DNA of 58,220 nucleotides, taken from positions 1 through 58,220 of the forward strand of contig JAHFFT010000010.1 of assembly GCA_023247795.1 (NCBI GenBank), given 5' to 3'. Positions within the stretch are counted from its first letter, which is position 1. The number at the start of each line of letters is the position of its first letter. The notes beneath the pieces were generated by a model. That model searched no databases. It was not told the origin of the DNA and worked only from the letters and a program-made list of their open reading frames with translations. The position numbers and the translations under genes are program-made. Source of the stretch: Candidatus Omnitrophota bacterium. Its GTDB lineage: Bacteria > Omnitrophota > Gorgyraeia > Zapsychrales > JANLHA01. Below are positions 1 to 12,100 of this stretch, in pieces.

Positions 1-43
1 CAATCTCCAAAAGCTAACGGCTCCTCTTACCAAACCCATTCTC

Positions 44-106
44 GTGGGGGCCATGGCTTTAATGCTTGGCCTGGCCATCGTTTCCGTTGGTGGAAAGGCG
101 CTTGCC
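44..106 (+). other. Signal-peptide-like hydrophobic N-terminus of gene 1
   Basis: MGAMALMLGLAIVSVGGKALA is a hydrophobic core ending in an A-L-A cleavage-type motif. Lys residues lie just upstream in the still-open frame. Confidence 0.5.
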
Positions 107-3100
107 CCGATGCCCGTGTCTATTGCTCCTGTAACGGCTGTTCAAAAAAATGCGGCTGTCGCGGATTTGGTTAAAATCATTGCCGCAGAGAATATGCAGA
201 CACCCGTTTCAGAATGGAGAGTCCAGGAAGCCTGGCGGATGTTAGAGTCCTTGCCGCCTTCTGATTACGGCATATATTTTGTCGATGATTTATCTTCAAA
301 GATGGGGGATGCAGCCGGTGAGTTTAGACGAGGAGTTGTTCTGGATTCAGGAATTGTCCTGATTGAAAAAAGCCTTGATCCAATAGAGCGAAAATATACC
401 TATGTGGATTTGATGACTCGGCAGGCGCTGGAAAGCATTGACAATGATTCCTATATGATAGGGGACACCTCCGCCGCCCTGCGATACGCATCAGGGGAAA
501 AGCTGGTGGATGCCGCCTTGAAAAATGATGCCGTTGATTGGAACGGGCTTGCCGCTTTCTTAGGGAGAACCCCATCTGATGGACAAATGACAGAAGCTCT
601 TAAATATATTCTGCTGAAAGGTGCGCTGGCGTGGCGTATCGAATATGAGGAACGAAGCGCGCAGGGCGAGATCACGCCTGAAGAAGAGACTTTTCTTAAA
701 ACCTTGCAGTCATACCTAAACAGTTTGGCCGTTCGTGATCTTTATACCGAAATGCGGGCAGTGCTTGCGGAACATCAGTTCATAAGTCCGGATTTACTGC
801 GGTCCATTGACAGCGCGGGGCCAACCGCGGATACCGTTGAAGAATTGACCCAGCCGAGCAATACAGCGAATTCTTTAACAGCGCATGATCCAAGCGGCGG
901 TCTCGCCGCTATTTTTGGCGCGCTTTTCGGCCTTTTGCCATTGATCGGAAGAATGAGCCGCTCGGATGAAGTCAGCAAAGACCGCATCGAACGGTATAAA
1001 CGGGCCGTAGCAGAACTTCGATTTCTGCGCGGTGATTGGGCCGGAGGAAATCGAGAGTTTCTCGAATTTTTCAAGAAAGAGGCGCAAACAACGGATAGTA
1101 CGATCCAAAGACTGCTTTCCCAACAAGATCAAGCTGTCTTGGCGATATTTAGCATCCCAACGAACCAACGCTCACGTCTCAAACAGTCTCTGAGGTCGAC
1201 CATCATCGAGATTATGCAAAGGGAGTTCAAGGCCATCATCGCCGCTGGAGGTTCACTGCATTTTGACTTAACCAACCTGAGGACTGGAGATATTCAAGAT
1301 GATCAACAGTGGTCATACAACTTTGATATTGATATCGAATTCAGCGCTCTTATAGAAGATCCGGAAATTTTTAATTCACCTAATACGCACTTTTATCACA
1401 GCGGAAGAGATAGTACCGCGTCTGTGAGGGAGGGTATACTTGCCCTCAGGAATAATCCGCTTCAAGAAGGAGAGGAAGCCGGAAAGAGGAAGCCCGGCAT
1501 GGTGGGGAGTGGCAGGGGAAAAAGAAAAGTTGTGATTTCACCTGATGACCAAGAAAAGGCGCGCGAAGCTTTGGAGGAATTCATCACGAAATACACAACG
1601 CCTGGTGATCCAATCTCAAGAGCATTTGGTATTCAACTTACTAAAAACGAAGCGCAACAAATTTATAGAATGCGCAAAGGAACCATTGGCGCATTGCCCA
1701 GGCCATTGGCTGAAAAACTTGTTGGGGCTGTTAGGGCTAAAATCAATGACGAAGAACTAGAAAAAAACTGGATTGACCGGCTTGTCGCGTTCGTCGCAAC
1801 CCATCACTATCCTGGCGATGGCCAGATCCTGTATGAATTCATCACCTATGTCATGGACGAAACAGAGCCGATTAATCATTTTGGAAAACAGTTTGGTTTT
1901 AGTCTAAATATTCTTTATGACTATCTCTGGGCCCGCCGGACCTTCGACCAATCACCGGAGACGGAAATTTATCTGCAAAGGCTGCTGGATCTTAGCAAAA
2001 CACCAGAAGACCACGCCCATTGGTTAGCGCGCTTCCATAAATCAGACGTATCCGCAGGTAACATCAGCCGCGGGTTTACCGCTGAAGAAGACGTTCAAAT
2101 ACGCCGGGATAATGAAAAGAACAGCGCCCAGGTGAAAGCCGCGGAAGAAGCCAAGCCTGATGATGACAATATGGTTAAGCTGATTGCGCAAAGAAGGAAG
2201 AATTTGCTGGAGAAGTACGCGCATGATATCCGTCTTGAGCTTGAGCATGCCCACGTGTCAGAAGAAGATATTGTAAAGGTAGGCGCCTTGTTAAGCGAGA
2301 TGCCTGCTTTCTGGGCAAATTCACGGGTGGAAGGGGAAGAGAGGTTCTGGCTGGGCAATGAGAGCGCTCGGGCCGTGGATGTTCTGCGGTTTTTAAAGAC
2401 GCGCGAGGAAACGGGTGATGTTAAAAATTTGGTGGAAGAGTATGATCTCCATGAAATCTTGCATAATACGCCGTTAACCCATGAACAGATTATCACGATA
2501 ACCAATAAAATTTTTAGACGTAACGATACGAATCCTTTGGGGCAGGCATTGCGCGGGTTCATTACTTTAAGCCAGCTCAGGTCTTCTCCTTCCGGCCTGC
2601 ACAATGCCGTAAACGTAATTAACCTTCTCGCCAAGAGAGAGGCTTTGGGTGTCTCATTAAGCGCGGATCAAGAAGAAATGCTGACGAGCCTGACTCAAGC
2701 TCTTAATTCCCTGCCTTCATCTGGCGATTTCTTCCAATATGGCGCGGTGTTTATGTCGCGGGAAGGAATGAATGCCATGCTTAAGAGATTGCCGGATTTA
2801 CGGCAGTCGCTTCCTGAAACCGAGCCGCGCAGTTTCACTCTTAAAAGTGGCCTGATGATTTTTAGTGATTACGCGGATATCTTCGTGATCCCAGAGGGAA
2901 TGGAATCTCCTTTGCGGAATAGTATTCGAAATAGGCTTCAACGTGACGGGGTTTTAGGATTTGCGACTTACGATCCGCCCGCGCCAGAGATACGCGACGA
3001 ATACCGACTCATCTTGCGTGAGTCCAGATATCGTCGGGAAGTTTTCTACGGCGTTTTTAGTCGTGTACTGGAGGATAACCCGGACCTATGGAGCGCGGTC

Positions 3101-6100
3101 CTTCTGAATCGTACGGATCCCTCGTGGTGGACGCGTTTAGCGGATTCGGTGAATATCGCGGTGAACGGCCATTCCATCACGGAACAAGATATCGAAGGCG
3201 ATACTCATCAGGCTCTCCGCATAAGAATTTTACGCGAGGTCATCACTCAACACGAAGAAGCGTATTTATTGGCTCTCGCGCAAGTCACGAGTAGCTACAC
3301 AAGATATCCGGAATTAAATACCATTCTTGACGAAGGAAGGGTTATGACTGAGTTCATGGTGGCGATACATCGAATGGCCATTGACCATCATTTGATTGAC
3401 GGTGAAATCATCGAGGCGGTGGGTTCAGGGAATGATGAAATAACGGCAGGGAGTTATTTGACTTTAATCGCAAGACTTTACGCCATAGCGGAATGGTACG
3501 CCGCTAGTGAATCATTAGGTGCAAATTCTCCAGAAGGTTATTTCCCATTAACTCTGTATACAGATCAAGGAGCTCAAGGCATTTATTATGTGTTTCAGTT
3601 GCTTCAAGTGTATAGGGATGTCTTGGGAATTCCAGAGACGGCGTTTCAAAATTCGCCTGAAATTTTAGCGCGAGCGCTTAACCGTATTCTGCGCGAGATT
3701 AACGGACCGGATACGGTCGACCTCTATCAACCCCAGCGATTACCCTTTGATAAGTTCCATGACACTATCCGCTTTTTTTCTCAGGAATATCAACGTAGTG
3801 GAAATATCGATGCCTATTCAGGTTTATCAGGACTTCTTAAACTTGCCCAAGAGCTGGGGGGAGTTCATTTAGGAGACCTTGTTAATGCGTTCAAAGATGA
3901 TCTGGTGATCAAGAATTTGTGGGGTGTTTCCGATTTGGACTGGCCAACCATCAATCTTTCTTACAATGCCTTCGTGAATGGCGAAGTCAGCACCCAGCAA
4001 ATGCTGGTATTGATATCTTATTTGCAAAATGATCGCCCGAACATTCGGCAGAAAGCGTTCTTGTCCTTGCTTCGTTTTATTGAAAACGCGGATGATTCCA
4101 CACCCGCCAATCGAGAGTTGATAGCCACGGCGATCCGCGCGGTGAATGACGCGCGGCAATCATTTGCACTTGCCAACGCTCCAAAATTTTCCGTTAGCGC
4201 AAAAGTCCTTTCTCGATTTGCTCAAGTGCTTTTGCCTTCCTGGACTGGAGAGAGACAATTAGATGCAATCGCTTTAGGCGCAGGAGTAACGTTGATAGAT
4301 GAGTCCTTAGAAGGTGGCCCAGCGGAGTTCTTAGAAGAAGGCCCATTAAAAGACGCGCTTTTTCAAGCAGAGATTAGCCATATTTTTAACCATATTGCCG
4401 GGTCCGATGTCATTACAAGTGATTATGTTCTTTCTCATTTTAAGTCTCCAGGAAATTCAGGGCAAGAGCTCGTCAGTGAATCCCTGGCTTTTATTGACAG
4501 CGAAGGAAATTGGCAGGCCTTGGCCGATCACGCTGGATTAAAGGAGCCGAAGAGTAGAAATGAAAAGTTAGCGGTGCTCAGCGCGGCGATAGCCAGGAGC
4601 TTATGGCTGAGTGATAATTTCATCAATGGCCATTGGACAGAAGAGGAAAGAAAAGAATTCATGGCATTATCTTATAGTTTGAATATTACGCGTTCTACTT
4701 TGAATGTTTTGTCTTTCCTTGTTGAAGAAATTAGGGAACGCAAAGCACAGAATATTATTCTTAAGCCTTATCAAGTCGGGGCCGTGCCTATCGGCCAGCC
4801 ATGGTCCCTAGAAACGGTCAGTGAGTCCCAGGCGAGTTATACGCGCGCGGGGGCAGTGTCCGCAGCTTTGGCGGGGGCTGTCAAAGATCTTCGTGTGGGT
4901 GAGCACGCTTTATTTTTAGGCGACACACCCGGATCTCGTTTGACTAAGGAAGATATGGCTGATCTAAAGAGTCAGTTACCACCAGATGCTGCCCAAGGCG
5001 CTGAGCACGCTTGGGAATTGAAAAAGGGAGAGGAAATTTTCCGCTATACTTTTGTCGCAAGGAAAATCGGCGCCACTACCCTTTGGGTCGAGGCCAATTC
5101 AGGATACGAGCCGGGCGGCGTACATGATTCTCTATTGCAGGATGCCTGGGTTCAAATAGCGAAGGAAGGGCTTGATCCTTCGGCGGCTCTTGTTCGGTTT
5201 CAGAGTGCTCACATTATCAGCAAGGTTCTTCATACCAATGGCCGGGTTGAAGTGGTTGATCTTTTGGCTGGAAATCCCGCGCAAGATGGTTTTCTTTTTT
5301 ATCACAAGTCCCTGGATGAAAAGTTGAATGAATTGAACGCGCGTGTGCGGCCAGGGTTAGACGGAGGATTAGGCGGAGGCGATATCTTCCGTCAGGTTCT
5401 GGACGAGCATGAACCGTGGCATGAAGTGCTAGGCCGGGATACTCCGCAAGCAGAAGAAGAGCGTGTTCAAATGGATATCCAGAGATTGATCGAGCTTGCC
5501 AGGCAAAATAAAATTGAAATCATCAAGTTAGCGAATGCCCTTGCGGATACCGGTATGGTGACCCAAAGATTTAAGGACCGCCTGATGACGAGCGGATTTG
5601 AAGCTTTAAGCAAGGAAGAGCCAGCGTATATTGGCGAGCTTCATAGGGCGATCCTTGCTGTGTTGGGTAACGGGAATGTCACTGAAGAAAAACTCACCGC
5701 GCTTATTCCAGTCGTGGCAAGGCGGATTATAGAAGAGGGCGTATTGACGATGGATGGGATCGGAGATTTGGGGAAGGTGGATTCTGTTCTTCTCGCGCTT
5801 GACGCTTATGGCTACGGGAACAGGATCCTATTTTCTATCATGGGCCAGCGTCTGCAGGATTTGCTTGCGTATGTCGGCGCTATTAAGGCAAATTATTTCA
5901 CGCTTGCGCAGTCAACAGCGTCCCCTCCTGCTTTGATAAATGCCGGTTACGAACTCGCGTATTCTGTTTCGAGAGGTCTTATCACCCGCGCAACAGCAAA
6001 GGATCGGGTAGCGGAAATAATTTCGCATCTGCTCACGAAATATAAGCTTTCCGAAGACGACAGACAGATTCTTGAAGGCTTACTTGATCCCCGGCGGCCT

Positions 6101-9100
6101 AACACGATTGATGATTGGCCTGAGAATATTACGGGAAAAGTTTTGATAGAAGAACTTGACATACTGCTACCGCATTTTTTCCAAATAGAGGGACCGGAGG
6201 ATGCTAATGGCATAAACAGTTTCGATTTGCCGAACGATGGAATCATATTAAGGATACTTCAGGAGATACGAAAGGAATCTCTGAGTAAAAGGTTGGAGTT
6301 TTCGAATTATCATGACAGTGGTAATGACAGGGTGGGATACGCTTGGGAGCTCGCACTTCTGACAACAGGAGATGTGGTTGTATCGTTTTATCGTACACCA
6401 CTTACAAATAGGGGCATGTATTCACTGTACGGATACGGAGAACCGCGAGAACCGCTGGCCCAGTTTTTACTTTACGATACCACGCGGGGTATTTTAAATA
6501 TGCCTGAGCTTGTTTACAGAATAAATCAGGATCACGATGACAGCGAAAAAGAACCTTGGGAGATCCGTCCTGTGCTGGGTGATGGGGATGTCACTGAGGG
6601 GAAACTCGAAGCGCTTCGTCCAGTCATGGCAGGGATGATCGGAAAAGAGGGCGTATTGACGATGAACGGGATCGAAGATTTGGTGACGGATGATTCCGTT
6701 CTTCTCTGGCTTGCCGCTTATGGTTACACGGGCAGGATCAAGTCTCCTCTGAGCCAGCGTCTGCAGGATGCGCTTGCGTATGGCGATGGTGTTATGGCGA
6801 AGTATAACACACTTGAGCAGTCAACAACAGTGTCCCCTAATTTGCAAGACGCCGGTTACGAACTCGCGTATGCTGTTGAGAAAGGTCTTATTCTACGTAA
6901 AACAGCAACAGAGCGTGGATCGAAAATGATTGCGTATCTGATCGCGAAATATGACCTTTCTGAAAATGACAGAAGGATTCTTAGAGACTTGCTTGATCCC
7001 CTGGTGTCTGGCTGGATCAATGAATCGAATTTAGTTTTTATTTCGCCCACAGAGGAAGAACCGCCCATAAGAGGCAACATCAGCCAGGGATACACGGCCG
7101 ATGAAGAAGCGGCGATCAGGAAAGAAATTATTGCAAATAGCGATCAAGTGCGAAACGCCAATGAAGACGTGGTGGCTCTTGCGGAAGAGCGCAGTCGAGT
7201 ATTCTTAGAGACTTATAAAACCAAGATGGAGGAAGTTTTAAGAAGAAGGATTGCAGAGACGATTAGGGAGGAAGGGTTACCTGACGATCAAATAGAAACC
7301 GAGGTGAATCGGCAAATCGAAACAATGAATTCCATTCTCACAAATCCAAGAGACCTTCTTCACTGGTTTGACTCAAAGGTAGAAGGAGAGGACAAGTTTT
7401 ATCTTGGCAATGAAAGCGCTCGGGCCGTAGACCTGATCCGTTTTTTAAAGGAAGCGGAAGAGCAGGGAGAGATCAAGAATCTCATTGAGCGGTATTTATT
7501 CCACGAAGCCGCGGAGAACACAAGTCTGTCCCACAATGAAATTATTGATGCGGAAGCTGAGATTTTTAATGATCCAGCAGTCGAGAGTCCGGGACAGACT
7601 CTTTTGGGTGTGAAGCTCCGGAAATTTATTGATGAACAAGCGGTTGCGTGGTACTCCAAGCTAGATACTCAAACGATCCGCGAGTCCCAGGCGAGTTATA
7701 CGCGCGCGGGGGCAGTGTCCGCAGCTTTGGCGTGGGCCGTCAAAGATCTTCGTGTGGGTGAGCACGCTCTATTTTTAGGCGACACACCCGAATCCCGTTT
7801 GACTAAGGAAGATATGGCTGATTTAAAGAGTCAGTTACCACAAGATGCTGCTGAAGGCACTGAGCACGCTTGGGAATTGAAAAAGGGAGAGGAAATTTTG
7901 CGCTTTAATTTTGTCGCAAGGAAAATCGGCGCCACTACCCTTTGGGTCGAGGCCAATTCAGGATACGAGCCGGGCGGCGTACATGATTCTCTATTGAAGG
8001 ATGCCTGGGTTCAAATAGCGAAGGAAGGGCTTGATCCTTCGGCGGCTCTTGTTCGGTTTCAGAGTGCTCACATTATCAGCAAGGTTCTTCAAGCCAATGG
8101 CCGGGTTGAGGTGGTTGATCTTTTGGCTGGAAATCCCGCGCAAGATGGTTTTCTTTTTTATCACAAGTCCCTGGATGAAAAGTTGAATGAATTGAACGCG
8201 CGTGTGCGGCCAGGGTTAGACGGAGGATTAGGCGGAGGCGATATCTTCCGTCAGGTTCTGGACGAGCATGAACCGTGGCATGAAGTTCCGGGCCGGGATA
8301 CTCCAGAAGCTGAAGAAGAGCGCGTTCAAATGGATATTCAAAGATTGATCGAACTTGCCCGGCAAAATAAAATTGAAATCATCCCATTAGCGAATGCCCT
8401 TGCGGATACCGGTATGGTGACCCCAGAATTTAAGAACCGCTTGTTAACGAGCGGACTTGAAGCCTTAAGCAATGAAAAGATTGCGGAAATCGATTTATCA
8501 ATTCTTAAGAATTTACTTGATTGGCGTCTTGCGGCACTAGTAGAGTTAGAACAGATTGCCGGAGAAGGCACTTATATCACGACCATGGGTCAAACGGAGT
8601 CAGGATACCTTGTTGTAACGTTTCGCAAGCGGGGTGTAGGTGGTGCGATGATCCAAGTGTACTGGCCAAAATGGGCATCAAGCTCTGACGAGGCTTTTAT
8701 TTTAGATCATGGCCAGATTTATTTTTTAAAGAGCAAGACACCCTCGCCTTTCGCTTCTGCAGGTCTGATGGATCTCGCAGAGCGGGAACCTCAGTTTCAG
8801 GCTTTACGAGACTTCCTGCCGGATTTACGGGTCGCTTTGCAGCGACAATTGGATAAGACGCAAGTCGTTTTAAATCAAGAGCCCGAGGAAGTTCGTGCCC
8901 TGCTTGCGCCTATGCTCAATGCATTACTGAATGAGTTCCGAGGAGCGTTCAATCGCCCTGAAGCCATCCCCACCGCGATGAGGCGGCTCGCCCTGCTTGA
9001 AATACAAATGCGGCATTTTGCCAAACTGATACGGGAGCGTATATCAGCCGGAGAAGGGCTTGAGCTTAAAAAGATAGAAAATCCCCAGGGAGACAGGATT

Positions 9101-12100
9101 AATCTATCGGGTAAGCAGTTTAGGATCCATCCGACTGTGATGCAAGAGGTGAAAACCATGTTTCGCGTCCAGAGGCCCAATGCTGCTGAGATTACGGCTG
9201 TTCTTTTAGTGCGCTATAATCCCTACGATTCAAGCGGGCTTCCGCAGGTGTTGACCATTTCTGGGGACGCGACCGATCCTGCCGTTTTTTTCGTTAACGG
9301 ACAGAGGACAGAGTTAACTAAGGTGAATGAAATCGAAGACGATGACGTACAGCTTTTTGTGACGACGACGAAGGACAACGTGACGTATGACCGCGACGGC
9401 CGTATCGAAATTTCGCGCGTCCGATTTGTCATAACACCTCGAAATCACGCAGAAAACTTCCGAAACGATTTTCGTTTTCAAATAAGCGGAGTGGTGGATG
9501 CGGGCGGCTTTAGCGCTAAGCGTCCTAGCGGCATTTCCATATGGACTGCCGATGGCAGTTTTGTGTCACGGATTGTGATTGAGCCAAGGCAGGACAACCG
9601 TCAAGTGATTACCATCAATGGCACAAAGTATTCATTCGATGCGCTGCCATTAAGACCGACCATCCGGCTGTTTGATTTTATCCCGCAGCTTGCCGACCGG
9701 CTTGTCATGAGTGAACCTCTCGCCATCACTCAGAAGGGAATGGTATTCGCCCGCGGTCTTAAATTTCAAGTATTGCCCGATAACGTTGATTTTAACCAAA
9801 TAAAGGATAGGTTAGAGGCTAGATTATATTGGAAGGTTGATCGACCGGAGCACATTGAAATCAGAGATAAAGCGAATAATGTTCTTCTTGCCCGTATTGA
9901 TTTTCGTGGCAGCAAAGTTGTATTGGTAAACTCGGGCGAAGAAGTCATCTTGATAGAAAGCGACACTGGTCAGAAAAATTTTGTAGTTTATCCCTATAGT
10001 CCGGAATTATTATCATGGATAAAACAATTTGTGGCCTCAGTCTCGACAGATCCCATTACGAATATGAACGGTGTTGTTAACCTTGGCGATCATAGATTTC
10101 GCATTTATCCTGCCCTATCAGGCATTGAAACAGAAGAAGAGACTGCATTCAGAGCCTATTTAAACCAACGAATTTTAATCGAGTCTAAGCCGCTAATAGG
10201 CAGCCTTGGGAATGTTGAACACACGCTTATGCTAGGGGATCAAATGATGCTGCGCATCTCGCTTTTGCAGCGTGGTAAAGTGAGGATTGAAGCGGGGGCT
10301 TTGGAAACGGACGAGGAACCTATTACGCAAGAATTGGATCTTCCGGATGCTCGATCGGTCATTGATTTACTCAACTTAATTCCTCTTTACAAACAGCACA
10401 TCGATCAGCTTCGGCAGGAATTCCAAATCAACCAGGAATTTTCGACGGAAGAAGACGCAGCAGAAATCCCCTCCCAAATCGGCAATGATTCTTTTGTAAG
10501 TGGGATTGTTTTGGATGAAAACGCAAAACCTCAAACAGCCAAGATGAAAGATAAAGTAGGAAATCCACTTTCTGATTTAAAACTTACGGAAGCCGGCAAT
10601 TTTGATGTCCAGGCTGGTTTAGACGTTCTCAAAGAACAACTTGAGTATCCTGAAAATTCCGACCATCAAGCCATCTTGAACGGACTTAAGAATTTTGCTC
10701 CTCAGCATGGACTGCCTGAATATACAGTTGATCCACAACCTGAACACGGAAATTTCACGGCTCACGTTCCAGAAAATCTCGACATCTTGATTGCGCATGT
10801 TGGTCTTGACAGTCTTCCCACCGAACTCAAAGCATTGGTATTTTCTTTCCATGAAGAAGGCCACCGGCAGGCTGACCGTAAGAATTTGACCCTGATCCCC
10901 GTTGAAGCAGGAGAGGGAGGGCCTGCGATAACAGTTCAATTCCAAAATCAAGATCCAATCAATCTGAAACTCACCCAAGCGAATGCGATTAGGATTTTTG
11001 AGAAATACCGAACGGCCAAAGAACAAGGTCTCGATCCCAATCACTATCTTCTTTGGGCCATGGCAGAAGAGATGTTTCCCAGGCTTGATCAAAAGCTGAC
11101 GCAAACCCTAACTCAAATCACCGATGGCCATCATTTCAAAACCATTCGGGAAGCCGCAGGACTTGACCAAGAAGAGCTTGCCTTTCAAGTAGGAATATCT
11201 TCTCCGTTCCTTTACCAAATCGAGCGGGGCATTTATCCTATCACCCTCTCACTTCGCTTGCGTCTTACAACTGCTCTTTTACCTCATTTAGGCAATGATC
11301 TCAAAGCTCAAACATGGCTGGTGAGCCGGTTTAACGAGGAGTTCACTCAAACTCCTCGTGTGAGTTTATCAATTCCACCCCAGGAAATTTCCCAAGCTAA
11401 AGAGTGGCTTAAATCTGATGAGGCAAAAAAAGTTCTGCCCCAAGATCTTCAAACACTCTCACTCTTTCAATCCGCTTTGGACTCTCATCCGGCAACTATG
11501 GATGAGGTTTTGGATTTGAACACACTTTCAGATGGCCAAAAGCTCCTTGGGATTCGTTGGATACTGAATTTGACTCAAAGAGGTCTTGCCCGCACAGCGG
11601 GAATATCTTACTCGCTTATCAGCCAAATCGAGCAAGACAATAGGCCTATCACCCTCTCAACCCGCTTGCGTCTTACGATTGCCCTTTTACCTCATTTAGG
11701 CGAGTATCCCAGAGCTCAAGATTGGCTTCTTGATGGGTTAAGTAGCGCCATCCCTCTAGCATCAGACAGTCAACTTTCCGCTGCCGCCCAAGGTATTGAG
11801 ACGGCACAAGCTTTCCTGAATTCAGTCACCGAAGACGTGTTGAGTCAAGATCGGATAGCGCAATTAAATCTCATTCTGAAAAGAATCGAAGAAAAGATAT
11901 TTTATTTGTCCGGCGGAATCCAAGAATTGCATAGATTGTTGACCTCTGCATCGGGAGCCGACCGTCAAGTGGCGGCAAATCGCATTCTGAATCTGGATCG
12001 AAACGATGGGGAGTTGCTGGATGGAGTTATCAATTTGCTTAATCAAGTGACCCATGATGCGAGCTTAGCGCAAGACATTCGTGACCACGCGCAAAGTGTG

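Noticed and set aside
10850-10864. HEEGH (HExxH) motif in gene 1 as a possible zinc metallopeptidase site
   Set aside because: It is a single pentapeptide match. I recognised no surrounding zincin features, such as a downstream third ligand or Met-turn, so a chance occurrence is likely in a 5,799-residue protein.
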